The notes under the pieces were generated by a model, which saw only the letters and a list, made by a program, of their open reading frames with translations, had not been told where the DNA came from and made no database searches. The translations under genes were made by a program, and so were the position numbers. Shown one piece after another: positions 1-11,724 of a DNA stretch of 64,000 nucleotides. How positions within the stretch are numbered: position 1 is the first letter of the stretch; the number at the start of each line of letters is the position of its first letter. Source of the DNA: Hydrolagus colliei (Eukaryota); assembly GCA_035084275.1 (NCBI GenBank), contig CM068749.1, positions 17,298,001 through 17,362,000 of the forward strand, in the 5' to 3' direction.

Positions 1-50
1 AATTCTCAAACATTTCTGAAAGGTTGAGTAGAAATCAATGGTACACTGTC

Positions 51-53
<3 letters not shown>

Positions 54-83
<30 letters not shown>
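54..83. repeat. (TA)n microsatellite
   Basis: Uninterrupted TA run. Confidence 0.9.
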
Positions 84-86
<3 letters not shown>

Positions 87-534
87 AAAATAGGCTGAAC
101 ATTTGTTTGACTATTTTAATGTCTAAAAAAAAATTCTGGTTGAACAGGTAGAGTATTTGTCCATGAATGGGCTCACCTCCAATGGGGAGTATTCGATGAG
201 TATAATGATCTTGTGCCCTTTTACGTCTCTCAGAACAAATCGATTGAGGCAACAAGGTAGGACACTGTACAATTCTGAGCATGTGTTTTAATTCAGCAGT
301 TAAACCTGTTGTAATTTCTGAACAAACCTAAGATGCCCATTTCCAATTTCAGTGATGGAATTTAGGAAAAAAATCCGAATAATACTATTCCTGCTGGTCA
401 GCAGCTTGGCTGTTTTGATAGTGTTTTTTGTAGCCACTGTGACGACTGTCTTTAAGTTTTGTTTAAGACTTATTTTCTTGTTATGATCTGGTTGACAATT
501 TCACACTGCCCTTTATTTTATTTTCGCTACTTAG

Positions 535-694
535 ATGTTCAATAGACATACACGGGAGGATTTGCAAAGGGAGTACCTGTTCCGCGTGTACAATTGATAT
601 GGAAACAGGGCTGCCTGACCCAGACTGTGCATTCTTTCCAAACAAGAAACAAAGTGGGTCAGCTTCCATAATGTACATGCAAGGACTGACAGAT
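535..694 (+). CDS. CLCA1: CLCA exon (Cys-rich: [18 protein letters not shown]...[11 protein letters not shown])
   Basis: ttag acceptor and gtaagt donor; open frame with CLCA-like motif. Confidence 0.88.
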
Positions 695-3600
695 GTAAGT
701 GGAGTGACTGAAAAGTGATTGTGTAACGAGATGGTTTTGTCTTCATAATAAAGTCTGCATTTTTACTGTACTAATTCAGTATCTTTAAGTGTTTGCCAAT
801 GCTATGATTCATTGACACAAGCAACAAACTCATCAATCAGCAACTGCACTTGCACGCATGTTAATTGCTGTACTATTATTCTGACTTGATTCCTCCCTTG
901 TAAAGGAAATCAAAGATAGCAAATGGTTTTGCTGCAGATCCTGACTTATTCTCCACTTCTCCTCCCGCCTCCCCAGCCCAGAGATTCCAGGCTAATTGTT
1001 GGCAATTAATGTTGCCATGGTCGAGATTAGCTAACTCAGCAAATAGCATTTATTGAATCTGGGACCTTCAGGGCTAGATTTGTTCCAACTTGCTCTGGGC
1101 AGTGACCTCACTAACTACCATGCAAGAGCTCCAAAAATACTGTTAATCTTCATATCACAATACCCGAAGGTGGTTTTGTGCTTATGCGTGTGTTTACGAA
1201 TAGCAAAACTTTCCTTAAGGTATATTTTAGTCTTATATCAATCATGAAACAATTCATATGCCTTCTCTCGATTGTTTTTTTTCTATAATTTGTACGAGTT
1301 AATTTAAGATGGTAATATAATTCAACAACAACGGGAGGACATCCCAAGGCGCTGAACGGTCAGGTTGGGTAAGTGAATCATCCAACCCTCTGCTCACGTC
1401 CAAATATTCATTTTCCAGGTGGTGCATTTTTGTAACAATGAAACTCACAATCGTGAAGCAGAAAACATGCAAAACAAAATGTGTAATTACACAAGTACAT
1501 GGGATGTGATCATCAACTCAGAAGATATGAAAAACAATCCTCCAGCCAATCCTCCAGTCTCAACGGTTGAACCACACTTTACATTGATGCAAGTCCATGA
1601 CCGAGTGCTCTGTTTAGTCCTCGATGTTTCCGGAAGCATGGACTCGGTATGCTTTCCTTAATATATGACTAAGAACCAAATTTCTTTCATACTGTCCAAA
1701 TTGGCAGATAACACCAAACTGTGGGTATGATAAATAATGAAGTGCAACACAAAATGAATAGAACAATATAAAAATGCCTGCAGGGTGAGCAAATAATAAT
1801 AATAATAATGTAGCAGATGAAACAAAATGTAGAGAAATCTGAAGTGATTTCTCCAATTCGCTCTCCACTGGGCTCACTGTCTCCAGTTCCTCAGAATCAT
1901 TGCTCTAACCACCAAATCCCTTCATGATGATGCTCCATCCTTAGCTCTCCCCCAGCCCTATTCTCCCCTTACCTTCATCTCACGCAAGTCTCTTGTTTGT
2001 TCCTCACCCATTCTGTCCTCCCATTGATGGCCAAGCTTTCAACCACCATACCACTGCTCTGTGGAACTATCTCCAGAAACCTTGATACCTAGTCACCCTA
2101 CCCTCCCTGCCTTCTAATCCTTATTAAAAACAATTTCATATTCCCTCTCTAATCCTTGTCTTTTGAGGTGGTAATGTAGAAAAAATGCATAAGGGTGGAA
2201 ATTGCTATTGTTACTGAAGAAATTCTTAAATTACAGGGTTTAAAAATAATACATGGCTGATTATTCAGAAGATTATATTTTATCTCTGACTTGTATTCTT
2301 TGTACATAGGAAAATCGCCTTAACAGACTACGCCAAGCAGCTGAGATATTCTTGCTGCAGATCATTGAAATGGGATCATATGTTGGCATTGTTACTTTTT
2401 CGAGTAACGGATATATTGAACAGGATTTAATACAATTTGTTGATAATTCAGTGAGGAACGATCTCATATCACATCTTCCGAGATTAGCTAGTGGTGGAAC
2501 AAATATCTGTTCAGGTGTCGAGTATGCATTTCAGGTATGTCCAAATGGTTAAACTCACTCTTTAAAAATCTTAGTCTCACTGTAATCCTCTGAATTCTCC
2601 TCCCATCTCTCAACCTCTCTCTCCACATCCACTCTGCCACCCATGTTCACGGCCACCCGCTCGACCTGGTGATCACCCAGGACCTCAATGTCTTGGATGT
2701 CGCCATCTCCGACAAGGCCATCTCCGACCACCACTTACTTTCCTTCAACTCCTCTAACCTTCTCCCCGCCACCTCCAAACCTACCACCATTTTCTACCGC
2801 CCATGGGAGAAGATTCCTCCACATACTCTCTCCTCTGCCTTGGAGTCCTCCGAACTCCTCTCCCTGTGGCCCACCTCCTGCACTGACCCCTTCTCCGCAC
2901 TAACACTCCTCCACAATATCCTCTCCACCATATTCGACACTCTTGTCCCCTCACTTCCTGAACTGCCTCCTACTCCCGAACCTCATCCTGCTTCACCACC
3001 CACCTCCATTCCCTCAAGGGCCAGGTGCGGGCTGTTGGCTCAAATCCGGCCTGACAGTCCACCAGCACATCTGGCTGGACCTTACATCAACCTACTGTTC
3101 CGCCCTATCCTCCGCCAAATCATCCTTGTACTCCAAGATAATCCTGGAGGCGAAAGGCAACCCCCGGCATCTCTTCACCACCACCAATCAGCTACTCTGT
3201 CTGCCCTGCCTCGCTTTGCAGATCTTCTCCTCAAACTCTCGCTGTGAGTTGATGTTGGATTTCCTCAAGACCAAAATCAAGGGAATCCGCTCTGCAGTCA
3301 CTGTCCCTCCAACTTCCACTCCCTCCCCACCTCCCCCCCACAACCCGCCTCCTATCCACCCCTCCTTCCACACCTTTGATCCCATCTCCCCATCCTCCGT
3401 CATCAAGACCATCTCCTCCATGAAGCCCACCACCTGCTCCCTGGATCCCATCCCCACCCTGCTCCTCACCACCCAGCTCCACCTTTTAGCCCCATTAATT
3501 GCGGACACCGTCAACCTGTCCCTTTCATCTGGGACTGTTCCCACTCCCTTTAAAACCGCCACCATCACCCCCATCCTAAAAAAGCCTTCCCTTGATGTGT

Positions 3601-6600
3601 CGCAGCTATCAAGCTACCGGCCCATCTCCAACTTCCCCTTCCTTTCGAAGATTCTCAAAAGAGTGGTTGCCTCTCAGCTCTGCTCTTCCCTCACAAACCA
3701 TTCACTCCTTGAACCCCTCCATTCGCTTTTCTGCACTTCCCACAGCATGGAACCTGCTCTGGTCAAAGTCACAAACGACATCCTGACCATCTGTGACCAG
3801 GGCTCCCTCTGCCTCCTCATCCTCCTCGACCTATCCGCTGCTCAATCACTGAATCCTCCGGAAAAGGTTTTTCCTCCACCCCTCGCACAGTCACATACAG
3901 CATTCCCCAGGGCTCTGTCCTTGGCCCCCTGCTCTTCACCCTATACACGCTTCTCCTGGGTGACATCATCCGCAGACATAGAGTAAACTTCCACATGTAT
4001 GCAGATGACACCCAACTCTCCTTTCCACGTCCACCTCAACTCCAGGACTACTGGCGTTCTGACTGCATGTCTGTCCGACATTGAGGCCTGGACTAGGGCC
4101 AATTTCCTCCAGCTCAATCAACAAGATGGAGGCCCTCCCGACTTGCGCCAGCCCCTCCGAACCTCAGGCACTGAGAACATCAGTATTCAAGGCTGCTCTA
4201 TCCACTTCCCAAAGCCAGTCAGGAATCTGAGTGTCTGGTTTGACTCTGAACTGTCTTTTCCTCCCTTATTTCCGCTCCATGACTGGTACATCCTTCTACC
4301 ACCTCCGCAATATTGCCAGACTCTGCCACGACCTCACGCACCACACCGCCGAAACTCACCTTTATCACTTCCAGGTTCGATTACGGGAACTCTCTCCTTA
4401 TCGGCATTCCTAGCTCCTCCCTTCACAGGCTGCAGATCATTCGGAACTCTGCAGCTCGTGTACTCTCCCGCACCAGGCTCTATGACCACATCACTCCCAC
4501 CCTCGCCCGTCTGCACTGGCTCCCCATCTTCCAGAGGATCGAATTCAAGATAGTCGTCCTCACCTTTCAAGGCCATTCACGGCTTTGCCCCCACCTATCT
4601 CTCCAACCTGCTGTCTCCCTATCAGCCCGTCCCCTCCGCTCAGCAGGCTCTGGCCTGCTCCGCATACACCGCACTTATCGCCCCACCATTGGTGGCTGGG
4701 CTTTCAGCCTCTCTGCTCCCACTGTGGGTCCCACAGTTACGTTCGGCTCACTTCCTCTCTTTCCTCCTTCAAGGCTGGCCTCAAAACCTTCTACTGCCCC
4801 CCTATCTCTTCCACGTCTCCTACTCTCCTTCCCCTTCGCCCTACCCTAACCCTTCCCCCTCTGCTCAGGTCCCGACCTGATTGTTCAGTGCTTTGGGATG
4901 TCCTCCCGACGTAAAAGGCGCTCTATAAATGTAATTTTGTTGTGGTTTTAATCATTATGCATATTTCTTATTCTGATAACAAATGATTGCTCTGTAGGCT
5001 CTTGACAAAGGTCCTGATGGGATAAAAGGGGCTGAAATAGTTTTGTTGACAGACGGTGAGGATGGAGGAATAAGTCATTGCTTTGGAGTAGTGGAGACAA
5101 GTGGTGCTGTTATCCATACTATAGCACTGGGACCAAGTGCAGCTAAAGAATTGGAAATGCTCTCTGACATGACAGGCAAGTTACATTAATATAATTGTGA
5201 TGATAAATAGTTCACAGAGAAAATGTATTTCTCAGTGACTTAGATCTCTATATTGGATTAAATGGACATTGGAACAAACTTTTGTGTAATCCATATTCAT
5301 TTAGGTTCATTATGTATATATATTTGCTGACAGTTTGCTGCAAATTACATTGATAATTCTCATTCTGTTGAAATGCATTCAAAAGATAATTAGAAAGTTT
5401 CCATTTTTATTTTGCATCTGTGAACAATTCACTTCCACATTGGAGACTGATGCTGATAAACTGACGCAAATGGTTAGGGTGCGGATACCCAGCTCACTAT
5501 GGTACAGTATTTAGAAATAGCCAGATAAGCATCTACAGTGTTTGAAAGCAGTACTGTACTGTATATAGGAATAATTGCAATGAAATTAACACATATTATT
5601 CAGGATAGAATGCTTTCCTTACCTGTGTGTCTGGTGCAGAGGGTCAGAAATGGTGGGAGGTAGGTTTTGCATTGTTCTGGTGGACTTTAAGCTATACAGT
5701 ATTAATAAATGAATTCATCTTGTCTATAGTTGACTTTTATTGATTGGAATTCTAAATTCCTAAAATATATGATTTTCAATTAGTGTGACTGTGACCCACC
5801 ACTACTGACTGTGTTCACTGCAATTTATCTGCTGACCTTCCTTCTGTTTCTCCAGGAGGCTTGCAGTTTTCAGCCACTGATGACAATATATTTAACGGGT
5901 TAGTTGATGCTTTCACTGGATTAGTGTCAGGAAATGGCAACATTACACAACAAGCCATCCAGGTTTGATGAGTTTTGAAGATTTGTTTTTCAATTTTTTC
6001 ATGTGTTAAGCAGATATTGTATAATAAAATAATTTGTCTCTCCCTTGGTTACAGCTTGAAAGCACTGGAAAGACTGTTAACAAGAATGATTGGTTTAATG
6101 GTACAGTCTTCATTGACCAGACTGTTGGGAATGACACTTTTTTTGTCATTATATGGACTCTAACAATACCTGATATCTATATACATGATCCTAATGGAAA
6201 GATTTACAAAACAAGTGACTTCATACAAGATACCACCATACTTACGGCTCGGCTTGAAATTCCAGGCACTGCACAGGTGTGATTCAAATCAATACTCTAT
6301 TCTGTTCATACAGTCTATTCAGATCAAACTGCCATTTTTCTATTTATTTTTATGAAATTCTAAGCAGGAAATAATTTCTCTAAAATATTGAGAACCAAAG
6401 TCCATGTCATTATCAATACTCCCAGCAGAACACCAACTGGGACATGGCTGTATGGCACTGTTTGTCACTTTTGCCTGGAATGGATACTTGGTCACTACAT
6501 TTGGTTCTGTTGTGCATTCTTTAACTGCATACAACAGCGGCAAACCATTGTATGCATCGAGCAGTTTACAAAATGCACATCTCCCCACAACGGCCTTACC

Positions 6601-9600
6601 AGCCAAGCCTTTTCATACATTATCAACCCAGATTATTACCCTTCAAAATAATAATAATAATAACAATTTGATCACTCACTTCACGATTGTTTGTGGAACA
6701 CTGCTGTGCTCAATTGACTGCTGCTGATTCAAGCACAAATACACAGTCACTACACTTCACAGTATATTCTGTGAAGCACTTTGAGTCGTCATGAAAACTC
6801 GATAAGGTGAGACATCAAATGCAAGGTTTATTATTATCATTATCCCAGCGCCTTGGGATGTCCTCCTGACGTGAAAGGCGCTCTTTAAATGTAATTTTGG
6901 TGTGCTTATGTTACAGTCAATTCTGTGAAGAGATTTGAGATCCACTCCCCACATGAAATTCAAGAATGATCACACGCCTCTTGTTCAGCGCCTTGGGACG
7001 TCCTCCCGACGTGAAAGGCGCTCTATAAATGTAAATTGTTGTTGTTGTTGTTGTTATTATCATAAAACATGAAATATTTATTTTCCAGCCTGGAGCTTGG
7101 AACTACTGTATCAAAAATACATTCTCAAGTTCTCAGGTTATTACCATCACAGTGACATCACGAGCAGCAGATACGAATATTCCCCCAGTTACTGTGAAAG
7201 CATATATCAGTAAAAAAGATACTTTTTCACCTGACCCAATGATAGTCTATGTGGAAGTCAGTCATGGATTTTTACCAGTCCTGTTTGCAAATGTGACAGC
7301 TATTATAGAACGACCGAACACAGACCCTGTTAACCTTGACCTACTTGACAATGGATCAGGTACAATACATACGTTTGCTTTATTGTCTACAAGTAGAATA
7401 GAAAATAGTGTGCACTTCTGTTGTGTCTCAGAATAAAAGGAAAGTTTAACAAAAAATAACTCTTAGTGCTGGATAAGAAAGATTTTATGTGATAGTTTAC
7501 TCTCAAGAATTACTACCCTTTCCATAAAATAAATGTTTTGCACAGACATTGCCCATCTACCAAAATAATAATTACCAGTTAAAATGTATAATGCATAAAA
7601 TGCAGCCTGGCGCAGTGATAGCATTCTTGCTTCTGAGTCAGAAGTTTGTGGATTTATTCCCCATGCCAGGGCTCAGAATCACATTGTCTCAGCAAACACT
7701 GTTGGTGGATTGCATTGTCGGAGGTGTGTCCTTTGGGTAAAACGTTAAACCAAAGTTTCTCCAAGTGTCTCGGTCAACAATCCCCTGAATAAAATTGATC
7801 ACTCACTCACTCCATGGCTGATTGTGGGCCATTGCTGCACGCAAACTGGCTGCCCACAAAATACAGTATTGCAGTACAGTATATCATTATATTCTGTGAA
7901 GAACTTTAAGACATTTCGACAATGTAATAAGGCACTGTACCAAATGCAAAAATTTATTGTGATCAGTTCTAAAGCTCGATGTGTAATTAACATCATTGCT
8001 AAAGCTCTCTTAGCTGAAGCTATAATCTGGTAATGAAAACATTTTCAATGAAAATTTAAAGGGTGAAACCAAATTCAAAATATATGTCCACTTGGAATTA
8101 ACAGATGGTCTGATCTTCACACTTGTGCATATTACTGGTGATTGTTATTAGGGCCATCCATAATAATCACATTCTGGTATAAAATTGCAGTCAGTACTTC
8201 TTTGTGTTATTATCCTTTAAAATCAAATCGATCTTTGCTGCTTTCAAATCAAAAGGCTTTGTACATGGGATTAAGAATTTCTTTTTGCAATATATTCTTC
8301 TCAGATTTTAGGATTTCTTATTTTTAAGACTTTTGGTAACAAATGCTACACACGACAAATGAAGCGAGTAGATGCAGTAACAACAGACATATTAAATATT
8401 TGGACAAACAGGCTCAGCAAAACCCATTATCATGTGGAGAAAGTCAGAGAATTTCTAAATGATGAATTTTAAGATTTGAAATGAAATCTACCCCTGAATG
8501 TTTTGCTCCACATCCCATTATCAGTTTCGTGGGGACAGTTTAACATAATAATATTTGCATTTGATATATACTCTTAAGAACTTGCAACTGATCTGTGCAA
8601 TGCGTTAGCATTCTTTACATTTTTTTCATCTTATCTGTAGGTGCTGATATCATGAAGAATGATGGTATTTACTCTCGGTATTTCGCCAACTTTGCTGGCA
8701 ATGGAAGATACAGCCTTAAGGTTCACGTACAAGGAAGTGAGGGAACCATGAAGGCAGCGATGAGAAGAGGCAGTTATGCCATGTACATACCAGGATATAC
8801 AGAAAATGGTATGAAATATTGAGCAGCAGAAATATTTAGAGAACAAAAACAGTGAGGCATAGTTTAATACGTACCATGAACTTGAACTTCTGGTCAATGT
8901 GTTCTCATGGCACTGATAGATAATATGATTTCATTGTAATTTTACTGGGTTAATTTCAAAAGCTGCTCAGGTTTGGGTCCTGTACTGAATTACTGGTAAA
9001 ATATCCCTCAATCCAGTCCTTCACATTCTCTTTTCTCTCTCACTGATTGGTGTTCATAATCTAATCTGTGAAGTGCTTTGAGATGTTCACCCTGCATAAA
9101 ACACATTATTAAAGTGCAAATTGTTGTTCCATTTTTAAAATGATGGTTTCAATATGATTATTGGACATTTAATGTAATTTTACAGTGAAGCTTTGATAAC
9201 TCATGAGAGTTGACTGGTTATCCAAAGTACAACATCTCAAAAGTACAAAGTACTTGAATACCCAGGATATTGATTGAGTGACTACTTATTTGCGATTGAT
9301 GCCCTTATCCCAGGTGCGAGTTATTAGAGGTTCAATGTAGTTTCAGCTGATGAATGGAACTTTTTAACTGTATAATATTATGTTGTCTGTATCTGAAAAA
9401 TGAATTCTGTTTTGTGTAGGCAACACTCATGCAAATCCAGCCAAAACTCCAGTTGATCAGGGAGATCTTCAGCCTCAGATAGGAAGCTTCAGCAGAGCCA
9501 AGTCGGGGGGAACAATTTCTCTCTCAGGATCACAAATGCTCTCAGACCTTCCGCCTTGTAAAATTGCAGACCTTAAAGCAAAACTTGTCGAGAAAGAAAT

Positions 9601-10973
9601 TCATCTCGAATGGACAGCCCCAGGAGGTGACTTGGATCAAGGCACAGGTAATTGTTTCTGAACTCCAGTTACTTTTATATACATTTCATTTCTAGGAATG
9701 AATTGAAGAGAATTTTCTACTCACTGTTTGATAAATACTGGGTTGGTGTCACACAAAGGGAAAGCAAGGAAGAAAGATAGGAGAATAGTCAATCAGTACT
9801 AATCCTGTCCAAATTATAGTACTGTAGTTGGTTCAAGTGAGGTAATAATAATAATCATAGTATTGCATTTGTTGTAGCGGTTTACTCATCTTCTAGATGA
9901 GTTACAACAACAATTTGGATTTACAGTATATAGCGCTCTCCATGCTGAACGGCATCTCAGAGCTTCAAGGATATATTCTAAAGACGGTATATATGTGGGC
10001 AAAACGCGGTAGCCAATTGTGCACAGCAGTTTCTTACAAATAGTTGTGGATCAAAATGACCAATTTATTTATTTATTTATTTATTTGGAGGGATGATTAT
10101 TATTAGGCGTGTAGAGTAAGGAAACTTGCCCAAGGTTTCATCCTGCAGAGAATGGAACCCTGGTCTCCCGCTTGCAAGGCGAGGGCTCAACCAACTGAGC
10201 TACAAGACTCACTGAGCTACAAGATAATTCTGATAGGTTACTCTGTCACTGAAGAAACTTAAATGGGAAAGAAAATAACAAATAAAAATATTGAATTCCA
10301 AATGAGCGGAAAGCCATGTGTTTCATAAACATACGTCTGTAAATTGTTTAGCATTTGATGGTCCATGAGAGGGCAATCTGCCAAATGAAAATCCATGGCC
10401 GTATACTCACAGAGTGTATGAATGTTGTAAAAAATATATTCTGGAATTAAAGTAAAATTGCAAGGCACTGTGAGGATGAGTGTGTTTATAGCAATGCACT
10501 TATAGCACAAGTAGCAGAGCTGCAGTACTGCAGTAGTAGCAGAGCTGCATTCCTTTGGAAAAGATTACGATTCTTCTGACCAATTAATATTTTGCGTCTT
10601 ATTTTTAGCATTCAGGTACGAGCTGAGGATGAGTGACAGCCTTCGGCAGCTACGGGATCAGTTTTCAACTGCCACTGAGCTTGATTTATCCTGGTTACGT
10701 CCACTTTCTTATGGCAACACTGAAGTAGTCCAATTTATTCCGAAGAATATAGAACTGCAAAATGATACAATTTATTACTTTGGTATCAAAACATATGATA
10801 ATATCAAACAAGCATCTAAATTGTCGAATCTAGCACGAGCTACTTTAATTTTGCCTTTGGCACCTCCTGGGTCGACAGTGTCTTCAGTGCCTAATGTGTC
10901 TTCAGTGCCTACTGTGGCTACTGTGGCTACTGTGCCTTCTGTACTGTGCCTTTTGCTTATTGTGCACTTATAA
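535..10973 (+). CDS. CLCA1: CLCA-family (calcium-activated chloride channel regulator) gene, 5'-partial; join 535-694,1419-1646,2310-2534,4998-5175,5856-5962,6055-6276,7089-7359,8641-8808,9420-9647,10609-10973
   Basis: Ten exons splice in frame. They encode a Cys-rich segment, a VWA domain with MIDAS ([32 protein letters not shown]), [21 protein letters not shown], the cleavage-region motif AMYIPG and an FnIII motif (PPCKIADL...[13 protein letters not shown]). The family is certain. The CLCA1 symbol is nominal because paralog identity cannot be assigned by eye. The N-terminal HExxH exons lie upstream of the window. Confidence 0.93.
1419..1646 (+). CDS. CLCA1: CLCA exon ([22 protein letters not shown]...[12 protein letters not shown])
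   Basis: ttccag/gtatgc; 228 nt; start of VWA domain. Confidence 0.93.
2310..2534 (+). CDS. CLCA1: CLCA exon ([19 protein letters not shown]...[14 protein letters not shown])
   Basis: catag/gtatgt; 225 nt. Confidence 0.93.
2580..4947 (+). mobile_element. 5'-truncated, degraded L2 (CR1/L2 clade) LINE in a CLCA intron
   Basis: Frameshifted ORF2 remnants: APE end (LDLVIT, ISDHHLL), [69 protein letters not shown]. 3' tail gtgctttgggatgtcctcccgacgtaaaaggcgctctataaatgtaa followed by TTG repeats. Confidence 0.92.
4998..5175 (+). CDS. CLCA1: CLCA exon ([22 protein letters not shown]...LSDMT), GC donor
   Basis: tgtag acceptor; donor AG|gcaagt keeps the frame into the next exon. Confidence 0.9.
5856..5962 (+). 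CDS. CLCA1: CLCA exon ([19 protein letters not shown]...QQAIQ)
   Basis: tccag/gtttga; phases are consistent. Confidence 0.9.
6055..6276 (+). CDS. CLCA1: CLCA exon (LESTGK...[16 protein letters not shown]...IPGTAQ)
   Basis: tacag/gtgtga; 222 nt. Confidence 0.92.
6660..7058 (+). mobile_element. SINE 3' half followed by two short L2/SINE 3'-tail copies
   Basis: Core tgtggaacactgctgtgctcaattgactgc; tails cagcgccttggga..tcctc..gacgtgaaaggcgct at about 6846 and 6986. Confidence 0.7.
7089..7359 (+). CDS. CLCA1: CLCA exon (PGAWNY...TVTSRAA...LLDNGS)
   Basis: ttccag/gtacaa; 271 nt. Confidence 0.92.
7605..7960 (+). mobile_element. Degraded tRNA-derived SINE (Deu-like core, L2 tail)
   Basis: Head tggcgcagtg...tctgagtcagaag; core gcattgtcggaggtg; degraded L2-type tail. 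Confidence 0.6.
8641..8808 (+). CDS. CLCA1: CLCA exon ([14 protein letters not shown]...[10 protein letters not shown])
   Basis: tgtag/gtatga; 168 nt; contains the autocleavage-region motif. Confidence 0.93.
9420..9647 (+). CDS. CLCA1: CLCA exon (FnIII start: FSRAKSGG...PPCKIADL...[12 protein letters not shown])
   Basis: tgtag/gtaatt; 228 nt. Confidence 0.92.
9904..10210 (-). mobile_element. tRNA-headed SINE (duplicated at about 18600-18958)
   Basis: Minus-strand head gtagctcagttggttgagc..ttgcaagcgggagacc with A/B boxes; gtttccttactc body; L2-like tail. Confidence 0.8.
10609..10973 (+). CDS. CLCA1: CLCA terminal coding exon lacking the transmembrane helix
   Basis: tttag acceptor; FRYELRMS...[10 protein letters not shown]...SNLARA...S/T/V/P stalk...LCLLLIVHL-stop. 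Confidence 0.88.
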
Positions 10974-10979
10974 TATGCT

Positions 10980-10985
10980 AATAAA
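10980..10985 (+). terminator. Candidate poly(A) signal of CLCA copy A
   Basis: AATAAA 6 nt after the stop codon; equivalent to the AATAAA at 20396 in copy B. Confidence 0.5.
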
Positions 10986-11149
10986 ACTGTATAATCATCA
11001 GCAGACTACATTGATAACATTTTGTTAACTTTTCAAACTGCATTATAACTCCATTAATTAAACTTGGCATTCAAACTGCTTACAAGAAAATTAATTACAT
11101 TTTCTTTTCTGAGAGAAGAATAACATGTGTCAGTCTGGCTTGGTTGCTG

Positions 11150-11400
11150 GCACTCTTGCCTCTGAAATGGAAAGTTGTAGGTTCAAACTCTATGTCAGGA
11201 CTTTTAAATCACAGTCTAGTCTGGCAGACTGTTGCATTGCTGGGTGCAATGCTAAGGGTGAACTCCATTGTTGGAGGTGCCGTACTACAGATGAAATGTT
11301 GAACCAAATCCTGCCTGGCCCTGTTCAGCTGCACATTAATTATCCCATCTCACCAGCTGAAAGGAGAAGAGAGTTTCTCCCAGTGTCCTGGCCAACAACA
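11150..11400 (+). mobile_element. Old Deu-domain-like SINE (duplicated at about 20580-20830)
   Basis: cactcttgcctctga...ggttcaaa...cattgttggaggtgccgt..agatgaaatgttgaacc...gagtttctcccagtgtcctggccaa. Confidence 0.6.
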
Positions 11401-11724
11401 ATCCCTAGATATGATTAGGCATTTACTTGATGAGGTCATTTACAAGAACTTCTCCATTTCCTGAAGTCATTGTGATCATCATTACAGTAACAATTTGCTT
11501 CAAAGAAAATGCTGCTGAATAATTAGAGAACAAAATACACAATGAGATAAATGTGAATTTACAATAATGCTTAATAGGGGAACTGGTTTGGTCTGAGTCT
11601 GAAAAGGTCTTTGGCAAATTCATCGGTATTCAGATGAAAGGAGATGTTAAAATTAAAATCCTACCGTTTTCACAAAAGTGTGCCTAAATTCAGAAAATGC
11701 AAAAATGCTAATTTTTCATGTTGC

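Noticed and set aside
2669-4914. Possible functional reverse transcriptase gene
   Set aside because: Frameshifted, internally deleted, 5'-truncated L2 ORF2
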